A stretch of DNA of 64,000 nt from Planctomycetota bacterium (GCA_965248575.1 CBDFJQ010000002.1:2880001-2944000); one strand, 5' to 3'; shown: positions 1-10,868, numbered from the stretch's first letter. Numbers and translations: made by a program. The notes: a model not told the origin generated them from the letters alone.

Positions 1-1158
1 GCCTTCGTCGTCACGCCGTCAGGTGCACGGCTCGTCCCGCTGGGGCCCACGGCAGCCGTGGATTCCGCCGTAGAAGCCGTCGCGCGGCGACTGGACCCGG
101 CCCTGATCCGTGAACAACCGGTGCCCACGGAGTTGATGGCCGATCTACGAGCGCTGGGTCGCCTCGTGCTCGACCCCGTCCTCGCCGCGATCACGGAAGA
201 GGGCGAGCCCCTGCGCCGCCTGCTCATCGTGCCCTCCGGCAACCTGTGCCGCGTGCCCTTCGAAGCCTTGCTGACAGCGGACGTCGAAGCCGACGCGGAC
301 CCCAAGCACTGGCCCTACCTGGTTGCAGAGGTCGCCGTGACGCACGTGCACTCAGGCACAACTTGGCTCGCCTTGCGGCAACGAGCCCTGGAACGGCAAA
401 CGCGCCAACAAGCTGCGGGCAGTCCGGCGTACGTGGCCCTGGCACACCCGCTCTACAACGCGCTCTCCTCGGAGTCTCCGGGTCGCTCGTCCTGGTCCCC
501 CCTGCCTCGCACAGCCGACGAAGTCCTGGCGGTCGCACGCCTGCTGGCAAAGGGCGCGGACGACAAGGCCACGCTGGATGCCCTGGCCGACCAGTTGATC
601 GAGGGATTGGTCGACGGTCCCCCGGATCACCTCGAACCCATCGCGGGTGACGACTTCCTGTTGCTGCTGCGCGACCAAGCGACGGAAGCCCAACTCAAGC
701 AGCGCCCGGAAGTCTCCGAGGCACGCATCCTGCACCTGGCCTGCCATGGGGCAGCCGACACCCTCTCTCCCGCTCTTTCGCGCCTCGTGCTCGGACCCTC
801 GCCGTCGGAGGACGGGCGACTCTTCGTGGACGATCTGGCGCGCCTGCCCCTCTCATGCGATCTGCTGGTGCTGTCTGCCTGCGAAACGAACGCCGGGCCC
901 GTGCGCGCCCTCGAAGGGGTCGATGGCTTGTCGCGTGCCGGGCTGGCGGCTGGCGCCCAAGCCGTCCTCTCCACGCTGTGGCAGGTGCAGGACGACGGCG
1001 CACGACGACTCATCGTGGCCTTCCACGAGGGCTGGCTGCACGAGGGCAAGACCCGCATCGCCGCCCTGGCCCATGCCCGGCGAAACGCCATCGCCCAAGG
1101 CGTGCCCATCTCGACCTGGGCCGCCTTCCAGCTCTGGGACGGCGTCACCGGCCACTAG
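1..1158 (+). CDS. CHAT-domain (caspase-like) protein, 5' partial
   Basis: Frame is open from base 1 (AFVVTPSG...). Motifs LLIVPSGNL..VPFEAL, LHLACHG (catalytic His), VLSACET (catalytic Cys), STLWQV and WAAF. Confidence 0.9.
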   Translation, partial: AFVVTPSGARLVPLGPTAAVDSAVEAVARRLDPALIREQPVPTELMADLRALGRLVLDPVLAAITEEGEPLRRLLIVPSGNLCRVPFEALLTADVEADADPKHWPYLVAEVAVTHVHSGTTWLALRQRALERQTRQQAAGSPAYVALAHPLYNALSSESPGRSSWSPLPRTADEVLAVARLLAKGADDKATLDALADQLIEGLVDGPPDHLEPIAGDDFLLLLRDQATEAQLKQRPEVSEARILHLACHGAADTLSPALSRLVLGPSPSEDGRLFVDDLARLPLSCDLLVLSACETNAGPVRALEGVDGLSRAGLAAGAQAVLSTLWQVQDDGARRLIVAFHEGWLHEGKTRIAALAHARRNAIAQGVPISTWAAFQLWDGVTGH

Positions 1159-1299
1159 CAGCCTGTCGCGGCAGTCATCAGCTGCGAGAGGCCGCTTCAT
1201 TTTCTCGAGATTCCTGTCCACCCGGGGCGCCGCTGGGTCACGGGGGAAGTGGAAGGGCGAGGCATTCGGCCCCGCCGCCACTCATTCGAGGAAAGAACC

Positions 1300-3090
1300 A
1301 TGACCGCCATCGCCCGTCTCGGTCGCCTGACGACCACCCTTTGTGCCGTGCTCCTGCTCGGCGGGACCGCCCAATCGCAACTGCTTGCGGCCAAGGAGCA
1401 CCCTTTGCTGCCTCCGTCGCCCCCCGCCTTTGGAGACTCCCTGCTGCTGGAGCCGGTGGACGTGGCCGTCATGTCCTGGTGCGGCTCCGTGTCCTGGGCC
1501 TACGTGGCGGACGAGGTGAGCAACCTCATCACGCGCTTCATCATCACGCCCTCCGGATCGGCCGTCGGTGCCGTCGAGTTTTCGGGCTTCACGGGCGGAC
1601 CCTACGGCGTGGCTGTCAACGACATCCCGGGCCACACCTACCAGGAAACGGTCTACGCCACGGGCTTCGACCTGGCGGGCGACGCCGCCGTCCTCGTGTT
1701 CGACAAGTACGGCAACTTCCTCAACAGCTTCAAGGGCAAGAACACCGACAACCTGGTGTTCCCGCACGGCATCGCCGTGGGCCCGCAAGGCCACATCTTC
1801 GTGGCCGACCCCATGCGCCGTGTCGTGGATGAGTTCGACCCGCTCTTCGTGCACCTCAGCAGCGCGGCCCTCACCGAGAACCAGTACTTCCCCAACCAGG
1901 GCGGCGAGCCCTGGGACGTGAGCGTCGACCTCATGCGTCGCGTGCACGTCTCGGCCTTCCAGTACTTCCCCTTCCCCGTGGGCCAGTACGACATCTTCCG
2001 TTACGGCGACGCCTTGCCCACGATCGGGGCCGGCACGGGTGCGAGCACCTTCGGCATCGCCGGTGTGGACGCCCGCAGCCTGGACCGCAGCCGCTACTCC
2101 AACAACGACGCCGAGGTGCACCTGCTGCCCTGGGGCGAAACGGTCTGGCCAGCCTGGACCTTCTCCGGCCCCTTCATGAGCACGATCCCTGTGGGCGCCG
2201 CGGCCGCTGATCACCTGGGCGGCCTGGAGACCCAGCGCACCTGGCGCATCGCCGGCCTGTCGGGCACCGATCGCATCGTGCGCTGCGACCGGCGGGTGTT
2301 CATCACGGACCGCACCGACGGCGAGGTGGAGGTGCAGGCCAGCAAGCGGCTCTCGACCCCACGCCCTGCCGATGCCATCGCCTGGTGGCAGCTGGACGAA
2401 AGCAGCGGCACCACCGCCAAGGACAGCTTGGGTTCGAAGCACGGCAGCTGGAGCGGCGGCGCCGCGCCCAGTGAAGGCGTCGTGCGCTGCGCCATGACCT
2501 TCGACGGCGGCTCGGCCGGGGTCGTGGTCCCCAACCACTCGTCGCTCGAGGTGGGCACCTCCGATTTCAGCCTCGAGGGCTGGATCCGCGTGGACCCCGA
2601 AACGACCGACACGTTCACCTTCATCGACAACCGCTCACTCAGCGGCGTGGGCTACCGCGCGCTGCTCGACAACGGCGCCCTGGGTTTCGAGATCGATGAC
2701 GGCGTGGACTTGCAGCTGACTCAGTCCACGGCCCAGGTCGACGACGGCTTGTGGCACCACGTGGGCATGGCGGTCGAGCGCGGCGTGAGTACGCGCCTCT
2801 ACGTGGACGGTTCCCTGGTTGCCACCGGCGGCATTGGCAGTATCACGGGTTCCCTCTCCTCGGGGGCCAGCCTCTACATGGGCCAAGACAACACCACGGG
2901 CAGCACCGGTCTGCAGGGTGGGCTGGATGAAATCACCCTCTACCACCGCGCCCTGGCGGGCAGCGAGTTCTCCTCCATCGACAACGCCGAGTGCGCAGGG
3001 AAGCACCTGCCGCCCGTCGTCTTCGGCCACGTCTTCGGCACCTTCTCTTCCAGCAAGATCTCGCTGCCGCAGGATCTGTTTCACTTCTAG
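1300..3090 (+). CDS. Secreted protein with NHL-like beta-propeller and C-terminal LamG/concanavalin-like domain
   Basis: ATG after GAGGA; signal peptide; FPHGIAVGP-type repeats; AWWQLDE...FSLEGWI...DGLWHHV...LYVDG...LDEI LamG motifs. Confidence 0.75.
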   Translation: MTAIARLGRLTTTLCAVLLLGGTAQSQLLAAKEHPLLPPSPPAFGDSLLLEPVDVAVMSWCGSVSWAYVADEVSNLITRFIITPSGSAVGAVEFSGFTGGPYGVAVNDIPGHTYQETVYATGFDLAGDAAVLVFDKYGNFLNSFKGKNTDNLVFPHGIAVGPQGHIFVADPMRRVVDEFDPLFVHLSSAALTENQYFPNQGGEPWDVSVDLMRRVHVSAFQYFPFPVGQYDIFRYGDALPTIGAGTGASTFGIAGVDARSLDRSRYSNNDAEVHLLPWGETVWPAWTFSGPFMSTIPVGAAAADHLGGLETQRTWRIAGLSGTDRIVRCDRRVFITDRTDGEVEVQASKRLSTPRPADAIAWWQLDESSGTTAKDSLGSKHGSWSGGAAPSEGVVRCAMTFDGGSAGVVVPNHSSLEVGTSDFSLEGWIRVDPETTDTFTFIDNRSLSGVGYRALLDNGALGFEIDDGVDLQLTQSTAQVDDGLWHHVGMAVERGVSTRLYVDGSLVATGGIGSITGSLSSGASLYMGQDNTTGSTGLQGGLDEITLYHRALAGSEFSSIDNAECAGKHLPPVVFGHVFGTFSSSKISLPQDLFHF

Positions 3091-3353
3091 GGCGTGCTCC
3101 ATACCCTGCTGGCCTTCGCTGAAGGCCTGGGCACGGGGGCAGTGGCGTCGATGGCGCGCCCTGCTCCCGTGCCGCTTTCGTTGTGGGGCCAGAGTCGTCT
3201 GACGAGGGTCCCCAAACCTCGACGAGCAAGGCCGTGACGACTGCCTCACCGGCCCCACACAAAGTTTCTTCAACTTCCCTGTCCGGGAACATCCTTCCCC
3301 GCGCTTGTTCCCCCGGCGCGGGGAGCGCCCGTTCACCGAAATTGGAGAGTCTG

Positions 3354-5432
3354 ATGCTTGAGTGTGTCCTGTCGTGCCTACTGTCCGCCGCCCTCACGCC
3401 ACTCTCGGCGCCAGCCCCAGTGCCCGCCCCAGTGCCTGGCGAGCAATTCCAATACGTCCACGGCGGTGTCGTCATGCGCGTCGTGTCGACTGGCGACAAC
3501 GATCTCTGGACCACTCATACCGGCGGCGTCATCCGCTGGTCCATCGACGGCGGCACGAGCTTCACCAACGCCCGAGTGCCCACGAGCGTCACCGGCACCC
3601 TGCGCGGCATCCAGATCTCATCGGATGGCCAGGGGCCCTTCGCCTACTGCGTGGGTGCGGACGGCGTGCTGCTCTTCTCCACCGACAACGGCCACAACTG
3701 GACACTGAAGCCTCAGGTGCTCAACCCCTTCCTCGCACCCGCCGAGCTGTGGGACTGCTTCTTCAAGGACCGCGACAACGGCTGGATCGTGGGTTTCGAC
3801 CACACCATCTACGAGACCAGCGACGGCGGCCTCAACTGGACGAACATCGCGCCGCTCGGACACATCGCCGCCGCCAACCCCGAGTGGTATCAGATCTACG
3901 CCTGGGGGCCGGATGAGTGGATCGCCGTGGCCGACGAGGGCTGGTACATCCGTCACCTCCCCGGCGGCAGCATGCCCCACGCCCGCATCGACGTGACGCA
4001 GGAGTGCTACCAGCCGCAGATCGCCAGCCCGCCCTTCGACCTGGAACTGTGGTCCGTGGACTTCGTGGGAGACACGGGCCTGATGGCAGGCGGCGTGGGC
4101 AACAACGACGGCTACGTCTACAAGTCCACGGATCGCGGTGCGACCTGGAACCTGCACACGAGCTGCTACGACCACCTCAGCCCGACGGGCAACGGCCTGA
4201 CGCCGCCCAGCTTCTACGGCGTCGAGATGTTCGACGACCCCACCAAGGGCATGCCCGCGGGCTACGGCTCTGGTGTGTACTTCACCGGCCTCTCATCCAC
4301 GAGCGCCGCCGTCACCGGCTGCCCCAACTGCCCGGCCGGCTCGCTGGCCCTCACCCAAGTGGTGAACGACTCCGACGCCAACATGACCGTCGAGGCCACC
4401 GACGACAGCGGCAAGCCCCTGCAGCGCGACATCTCGACCTCCGACAGCCAGCTGGTGGCCTGGACCGTGGGCGACTTCGGCACGGTGCGTCGCTCCGACG
4501 ACCAGGGCATGACCTGGACCGAGAAGGCTGGCCTGCACCGTGGGCGCATCCGCGGCGGGGAGTTCGATGACCTTCAGACCGGGACCGTGTTCGGGCAGGG
4601 CTGGCGGATCTACTGGACCACCAACGGCGGCCAGGACTTCACCCTGGAAGACGAACCCACGATCCCGCTGGACCCCATGGGCAACCCATGGTTCGGCCAG
4701 TCCAACGCCGCCGCGCTGACGCCTGGTGCTGCAGAGGCCGTGGTCGTGGGCGACCGGGGTCGTATCGCTGTGCGCGACAACGCCGGAGTCTGGACGGACC
4801 GCTCCATAGGGCTCTGGAGCACTCCGACGACGCTCACTGCCGCCCTCATTTCGGACGACGCGAGCGTGATCCTGGTGACGGCTCCAAGCGGCACGGTCTA
4901 CCTGAGCATCGACGGCGGTGCCAACTTCACACCCAACACCCTCATGTCTGGCGGCTCACCGGTCACAGCCGACCTGACCGACATGGTGCTCATGAACAAC
5001 TACGTGCTCTACCTGGGGGCCAATCACACCATGTACGCAGCCAACGTGAACAACCTCTTCACGGCCGTGGCCGCCGTGCCCATGGTGGGTTCGACAGCCA
5101 TTCCCACGGCACTGGCCTCAGCACCAGGCCTGCAGATCTACGCGGGCAATGCGGGCGGACAGCTCTTCAAGTACAACACGGGCTCAGGCCAACTTGAGCT
5201 GGTCACCGCCATCACGCCCGCCGACCTGGGCAATCGGGTCAACGACATCGAGCCGGTGCCTGGCACGGCGGATTGGTTCTTCGGCGGCGAGAGCGGCACG
5301 GTCCAGCATTTTGACGGGACTGTTTGGAAGGCCGTCAAGTCGAGCTTCGAGCGCGAGGTGCGTTCACTCGAATTCTTCTCGGCCACCGAGGGATTGATCG
5401 TCGGACGGAAGACGAGCATCGGCGTGTGGTAA
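3354..5432 (+). CDS. Secreted BNR/Asp-box (YCF48-like) beta-propeller protein
   Basis: ATG after GGAG; signal peptide; repeated Asp-boxes SIDGGTSF, STDNGHNW, TSDGGLNW, STDRGATW, SDDQGMTW, TTNGGQDF, SIDGGANF. Confidence 0.75.
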   Translation: MLECVLSCLLSAALTPLSAPAPVPAPVPGEQFQYVHGGVVMRVVSTGDNDLWTTHTGGVIRWSIDGGTSFTNARVPTSVTGTLRGIQISSDGQGPFAYCVGADGVLLFSTDNGHNWTLKPQVLNPFLAPAELWDCFFKDRDNGWIVGFDHTIYETSDGGLNWTNIAPLGHIAAANPEWYQIYAWGPDEWIAVADEGWYIRHLPGGSMPHARIDVTQECYQPQIASPPFDLELWSVDFVGDTGLMAGGVGNNDGYVYKSTDRGATWNLHTSCYDHLSPTGNGLTPPSFYGVEMFDDPTKGMPAGYGSGVYFTGLSSTSAAVTGCPNCPAGSLALTQVVNDSDANMTVEATDDSGKPLQRDISTSDSQLVAWTVGDFGTVRRSDDQGMTWTEKAGLHRGRIRGGEFDDLQTGTVFGQGWRIYWTTNGGQDFTLEDEPTIPLDPMGNPWFGQSNAAALTPGAAEAVVVGDRGRIAVRDNAGVWTDRSIGLWSTPTTLTAALISDDASVILVTAPSGTVYLSIDGGANFTPNTLMSGGSPVTADLTDMVLMNNYVLYLGANHTMYAANVNNLFTAVAAVPMVGSTAIPTALASAPGLQIYAGNAGGQLFKYNTGSGQLELVTAITPADLGNRVNDIEPVPGTADWFFGGESGTVQHFDGTVWKAVKSSFEREVRSLEFFSATEGLIVGRKTSIGVW

Positions 5433-5706
5433 GAGGGGGCCAACGCGCCGTTCTCGCAGCCGATCAGCGCGGCGAGAACGGCGGCTGTCCGTTTCGACGG
5501 TCAACCGGGCGACGTCGCCAGGGTGCTGGGTACACCCATCAAGGAGAGGGCTTCATTGCGCAGCTCCAGGCGACCTTCGCGGAGTCCGGCAGCTAGCTAG
5601 TGGTCTTGGGGCCCTCGACCTCTGTAGTCTTTCTGGACGCGGCTTTTTGAGTAACGGGGCGCCCGGCGGCGCCTCCCGCGATTCGCGAAAGGCAGAGCAC
5701 CCTTCC

Positions 5707-6873
5707 ATGGTCGACCCAACTGTGCCCGCGCTGACGGCGGCGGCTCGCGCCTCGCGGGCGAGCAGCCGCCTGCTGCTTGCCGCGGGGAGCTTGCTGGTGG
5801 GCCTGATGTTGGCCGAAGGCGCCGTGCGTGTTGTGGAGTCGGTCAAGGGGACGAGCTACGCGCTCCAATTGGACGCTCAATTCGACAAGCCGTCCCTGTT
5901 CCAACCCCATCCCTACGTGGGCTACATCCTGAGTCCCGGGGCGGCATCGCCTCCGGGCTCCATCCTCAATTTCAGTGTGAATGCGATGGGCTTCCGCGGA
6001 GAGAACATCTCGCTCAGCAAACCCGCGCGCACCTTTCGGATCGCATGCCTCGGCGGTTCGACCACCTACGGGTCGGCGGACAAGGGCGACGCCACAACCT
6101 GGCCAGCGCAGCTGGAACAAGAGTTGAACAACTCCCTACCTGCCGGAAGCCCCTACAAGAGTGTCGAAGTCATCAACGCAGGTGTTGTCGGATACACGTC
6201 GATGGAGTCCTTCGTCAACTTCAAGATGCGTGTGATGCCCCTCGAGCCGGATCTCGTCATCCTCTATCACGGCATCAACGATGCTCGTGTGATCGATCGC
6301 CCCGACTTTCAGCCCGACTACTCGCACGTGCGCATGCCGTGGGTGCGACCCGTCGCTTCACGCAGCGACGTGCTCTTCGGTTGGAGCCACTTGTATGGCT
6401 GGATACGCGGGCAGGCGTCTATACCCACGGTGGATGACGCCACAATGAAGCCCTTCCTCGGAGAGCGGCTCGCAGAATCCGAGGAGCGCACAGGGCTCAC
6501 CACCTGGCGACGAACTCTGACAGAGCTGACTTCCTTGGCGCGGGGCAACGGTGTGCATGTGATGCTGACGTCCTTCGCCTACACGCGCGAACTCAAGCAC
6601 CGCAAGAAGTGGATGCTCTCCGCATTCCGCGTCGTCGACAAGATGAATGCGATCACGGAAGAGCTGGCTCGCAACCTGGACACTCTCTTTACCGATGTCT
6701 CCGAAGCGGTGGGAACTCGCCAGGGGTTCTTTGTCGACTCGGTGCATCTGTCCGCCGCCGGCAATCGCCGCATTGCACGGGCCGTGGGGCAAGAAATTGG
6801 TGAGGCCGGGTTGCTCGCGAAGCAGGGTTCCGCACCCTCGATCGAGCAAGAGGGCGCCAAGGCGCAACGCTAG
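5707..6873 (+). CDS. Membrane-anchored SGNH/GDSL hydrolase
   Basis: N-terminal TM segment; blocks LGGSTT, NAGVVG, GIND and DSVH. Confidence 0.85.
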   Translation: MVDPTVPALTAAARASRASSRLLLAAGSLLVGLMLAEGAVRVVESVKGTSYALQLDAQFDKPSLFQPHPYVGYILSPGAASPPGSILNFSVNAMGFRGENISLSKPARTFRIACLGGSTTYGSADKGDATTWPAQLEQELNNSLPAGSPYKSVEVINAGVVGYTSMESFVNFKMRVMPLEPDLVILYHGINDARVIDRPDFQPDYSHVRMPWVRPVASRSDVLFGWSHLYGWIRGQASIPTVDDATMKPFLGERLAESEERTGLTTWRRTLTELTSLARGNGVHVMLTSFAYTRELKHRKKWMLSAFRVVDKMNAITEELARNLDTLFTDVSEAVGTRQGFFVDSVHLSAAGNRRIARAVGQEIGEAGLLAKQGSAPSIEQEGAKAQR

Positions 6874-6904
6874 CCTCAGCCGTCGCCCCGTGAGCAAGAC
6901 CCGC

Positions 6905-8434
6905 TCAATCGAGGATCGTCACGGATGTGCTCACGGACATCCGGTCTCCGAAAGCAAAGTCGGAGAGGTCGGCGAGTACGCCCGTAGACCCTGCATCGAT
7001 GACGAGCGGAAGGCCAATGATGCAGACAGGAGCCACGCCGCTGATGGGCAGTTGGTTGGTGCTGGCCCATTGATCGAAGATGGCCGGATAACCCACGGGG
7101 TTCGGCTCGGCGTGCCCCTGAATGGCGGTGTGAAGCATGAGCGACCACTGGCCCGCGGTGACCGCCTGGGGCCAGACAGAACCTGCGATGAGACCGCTGG
7201 TGATGCTGATGGGCAGCCGGGTTCCGGGCGGGCCCACCAGCGCATCCGGGAGCATCGGTGACGCGGGATGCGTGCCCAGCACGCCGCCCCAGTCGATCTG
7301 GTGCCACACAGTGCGCAACCCGGGGACAGTGGGCTCGTTGTCCCAGCTCATGTACCCCAGAGTCGGCACGCCGCCAAAGGGTGAGCCCGCGGGGTTCTGA
7401 GCCGCCAGACCCGTGTTCGGGTTCACCACCCCTCCCAGCCCCGACAGGGACACACCACCGTTGCGCCCCACATCCCAACCTCCGTTGGGGTTGATGGCCG
7501 ATGTCGAGAGCGCGGAGTCATAGGACCCGTTGCCCTGGAAGCCAGCTGGGTTCAGCGCGACGTTCAAGGACGGGGCGGACGTCGTGGAATGCCACACGAG
7601 CTCCGTGCCGCTGAAGAAGGTTGCGAGGGCGGTTCCACCCTGGATGAGGGCGACGGTGTTGGAGGTGTAGGTGTTCAGCTCGTCGTTGGACATGGCCCAG
7701 TACTGGTTGTCGTGAATCGAGTTGGTCTGCCAGAACCACCAGCCATCGATGTGATCCAGGCTGGCGAGAGTCGTGGGAAGCCACGTGAACTCAACATCCC
7801 AACAGAACCCCGTGGAGGAGATGGGCAGGCTCGCAGCGCCGGCGGCAATGATGGTCGTCGAGCTGAAGCTCGAAGTCGGCGGCAGGCCGTCGTTCGGAAG
7901 CAGGAACTTCAGAGTCGTGGGCACACCATCGAGGTCGGGAAACCCGGTGATGAGAAAGCTCGTGGAAGTGCCTGGCGCAAGCCCGTATGGGAGAGCGCCA
8001 GCCGATGTCACGCCGAGGGGCACACCGCCTGGCGAGCAACCAGGTCGCACGAAGACGTTCTGGAGGTTGTTGTTGCCGCCGGCGTACTCAAAGAAGGCGA
8101 TCGCCGGGTAATCCAGCCCGATAGCCGGTGGTGCCCCCAGGACACAGGCCGACGTCCAGAAGGACGTCTGCCGGTATCCGAACTCTCCCAGATTGGTGAG
8201 GTGATTCCCGCGCAGGTCGTTGCCGTCGACCCACGACCCAATGCCGTCCACGCCGCCCGTTTGCCCGGCACCTCCGCCGATGCCCACGTAGGTGACATCC
8301 ATGCCGTTGCTGAGCGTGTGCCAGTTGTGTGCAGCCTGCGCCATCAACTGGGCTGGGTGGCTCGTGAGCAGCAAGCTGAAGGAGACGAGCAAGGCGCGCG
8401 TGACGCGCCCGGAGGACATCGGGGGTGCGATCAT
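6905..8434 (-). CDS. Unknown secreted protein (paralogue A)
   Basis: Signal peptide ending AQ-AA; collinear similarity over its whole length to the 9240-10765 protein. Confidence 0.75.
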   Translation of the reverse strand: MIAPPMSSGRVTRALLVSFSLLLTSHPAQLMAQAAHNWHTLSNGMDVTYVGIGGGAGQTGGVDGIGSWVDGNDLRGNHLTNLGEFGYRQTSFWTSACVLGAPPAIGLDYPAIAFFEYAGGNNNLQNVFVRPGCSPGGVPLGVTSAGALPYGLAPGTSTSFLITGFPDLDGVPTTLKFLLPNDGLPPTSSFSSTTIIAAGAASLPISSTGFCWDVEFTWLPTTLASLDHIDGWWFWQTNSIHDNQYWAMSNDELNTYTSNTVALIQGGTALATFFSGTELVWHSTTSAPSLNVALNPAGFQGNGSYDSALSTSAINPNGGWDVGRNGGVSLSGLGGVVNPNTGLAAQNPAGSPFGGVPTLGYMSWDNEPTVPGLRTVWHQIDWGGVLGTHPASPMLPDALVGPPGTRLPISITSGLIAGSVWPQAVTAGQWSLMLHTAIQGHAEPNPVGYPAIFDQWASTNQLPISGVAPVCIIGLPLVIDAGSTGVLADLSDFAFGDRMSVSTSVTILD

Positions 8435-8558
8435 GGTGTCTTGCCCGGATCTGGATCTGGTGAGAACTCTAAGTGTGAAGCGTCCTCCGCTCCTGGGCGT
8501 CACCGAGGTTTTCCCGTTTTCTGCGATAAGTGAAGGCCGGTGAACTCGTCCCCACACC

Positions 8559-9170
8559 CTACGAGCCCGATCCGAAAACGTTGCGATAAGTGAGGTTCAG
8601 CCGCTCCCCCACCGGGCGAGCCGTCTTTGTCACCGCGTGACGCCAGTGGCTCTGAGTCTCGCCGGCCATGAGCAGCAGCGAACCGTGGGCCAGCTCGAGG
8701 CGCACGCTCGGCACGTCCTTGCGGACCCGATGCTTGAGCGAGAAGCGACGCACGGCGCCCAAGGACATGGACGCGATGACAGGTTGCGGGCCCAGCTCCC
8801 GCTCGTCGTCCGAATGCCAGCCCATGCTGTCGGCCCCGCTGCGATAGCGATTGACCAGCACGCTGTTGAAGGAGGAACCGGTGTGCTGCTCAAGCCGACT
8901 GCGCAACTCCGCGAGGGCAGGCGTCCAACCGTCTGCGCGATAAGTGTTGCCCGAGTAGGCGTAAGCCACGCCCTTGTCGCCATACCATGCAGATAGCCGC
9001 GGCGACGGGATCCGCTTTCCGGCGATGCGCACGTGGTGCTGCTCCCACTCGATCTGCTCGAACAGAGAGGCGGCCAGCGCATCGGCCTCCTCGAGCGAGA
9101 GGAAACCTGGCTCGTAGACGACGTCGCCGTCCGGGAGATCGAGACGTTGAGAGCGCTGGGCAGTGGGCAC
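8559..9170 (-). CDS. alkB: AlkB-family 2OG-Fe(II) dioxygenase (ALKBH2/3-like)
   Basis: PRLSAWYG, NRYRSGADSMGWHSDDE (HxD), WRHAV, RLNLTYR. Confidence 0.9.
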   Translation of the reverse strand: MPTAQRSQRLDLPDGDVVYEPGFLSLEEADALAASLFEQIEWEQHHVRIAGKRIPSPRLSAWYGDKGVAYAYSGNTYRADGWTPALAELRSRLEQHTGSSFNSVLVNRYRSGADSMGWHSDDERELGPQPVIASMSLGAVRRFSLKHRVRKDVPSVRLELAHGSLLLMAGETQSHWRHAVTKTARPVGERLNLTYRNVFGSGS

Positions 9171-9239
9171 GCCCGGCAGTGTAGCAGCGGCCTGGACGGG
9201 CGCGGTGTCACCTGGACAGCACGCTTCCCGCGCAGACGA

Positions 9240-10765
9240 TCAATCCAGAATCGTGACCGACGTGCTCACGGACATGCGGTCCGTGAAATCGAAATCGGAG
9301 TGATCGGAGAGCACTCCCGTGGAGCCCGCGTCAATGACGATGGGAATCCCAAGGGCGCAAACAGGACTCAGGCCGCTGATGGGCAGCATGTTCGTGCTGG
9401 CCCACTGATCAGACGGGGCCGGCTCGCCCAGCGGATTCGGCTCGGCATGCCCCGCGACGGCTGTGTGCAGCATCAATGACCATTGGCCCGCGGTGACTGC
9501 CTGAGGCCAGCCGGGGCTAGGAAAGATCACGCTCGTGATGCTGATGGGCAAGCGCCTTCCGGGCGGACCGGCAAGAGCGTCGGGCACGGCAGCGGAGACA
9601 TTGGGTGCGATGCCAAAGATTCCGGCCCAGTCGATTTGGTGCCAGACGGTTCTCAGGCCGGGCACGGCGGGCTCGTTGTCCCAACTCATGTAGCCAAGCG
9701 CGGGCACACCACCGAAAGGAGAACCCGCTGGATTCTGTGTGCTCAAACCAGTGTTCGGGTTCAGCACCCCACCCAGCCCGGACAACGACACGCCGCCGTT
9801 GCGCCCCACATCCCAACCCCCGTTGGGGTTGATGGGCGAGGTCGAAGCCGCCACGTCATAGGGCCCGTTCCCTTGGAAGCCGGCAGGGTTCAGGGCAACG
9901 TTCAACGAGGGATCGCGGGTCATGGACTGCCAGACATACTCGGTGCTGCTGAAGAACGTCGTCAGTGTGGTGCCCCCTTGAGTCAGGGCGATCGTGTTCG
10001 AGGTGAATGAGTTCAGCTCGTCGTTGGACATGGCCCAGTACTGGTTGTCGTGGATGGAGTTCACCTGCCAGTGCCACCAACCATCGATGTGGTCCTCGCT
10101 CACGACAGCGGTGGGCATCCAGGTGAACTCGACGTCCCAACAGAAGCCCGTGGAAGCGATGGGCAAGCTGGCATTTCCGGCTGCCACAATGGTCGCCGAC
10201 CCACCGATACAGTCTGGGAGCAAACCATTGTTTGGGATGAGCAGCTCCAAGCCGCTTGGAACGGGGGCATCCTGCGGCAGACCGCTCAGGAGGAAGTTCG
10301 CAGAGGCCCCCGGTGAGAAACCGAACGGAAGAGCGCCTCCCGAAGTGATCCCCGCGGGAGCGCCCCCAGGGGTGCAGCCCGGGCGCACGAAGATGTCCTG
10401 GAGGTTGTTGTTCCGGCCCGTGTACTCGATGAACAACATGCCTGGGAACTCAAGCGCGATGGCCGGCGGCGCTCCCAGGACACAAGCAGAAGACCAGAAG
10501 GAGGTCTGCCTGTAGCCGAACTCTCCCAGCAACGTGAGCTGGTTCCCGCGAAGGTCGTTGCCGTCGACCCACGACCCGATGCCATCCACTTCACCCACCT
10601 GTCCTGCGCCGCCGCCGATGCCTGCATAGACGACGTCCATGCCGTTGCTGAGGGTGTGCAATTGCCCGCCGCTTGCGCGTGGGCCTGGGTAGGCACGGTC
10701 ACGAGCGCGAGCAGGATCACTACGGTAGGGAGCCCGGCGCTCCTGAGTCGGTCGAGGCTTCGCAT
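9240..10765 (-). pseudogene. Unknown secreted protein (paralogue B) with a 1-nt frameshift just after the signal peptide (pseudogene or sequencing error)
   Basis: Signal peptide MRSLDRLR...AHAQAAGN is in a different frame from the body HTLSNGMD. The Trp codon TGG of paralogue A reads TG here (10659-10660). Confidence 0.65.
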
Positions 10766-10868
10766 GGTGTGCACAGGCTCCCAAGGGTTCGATGGAGAAG
10801 AAAGCGTCAGGCAGCGGTCCATGTCACCGGGATTCTCAAGACAACCCGGTCTTGGGCTCCAGCAGCCC

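Noticed and set aside
3190..3235. CTGACGAG followed by a stem, resembling a hammerhead ribozyme core
   Set aside because: The required GAAA after stem II is absent (reads CGACGA).
5447..5482. Hairpin GCCGTTCTCGC/GCGAGAACGGC after the Asp-box gene
   Set aside because: No U-tract; possibly a terminator or stabiliser, but not supportable as a specific feature.
8522..8593. TGCGATAAGTGA repeated at 8522 and 8582
   Set aside because: Only two copies, one inside the alkB coding sequence; no element or array structure.
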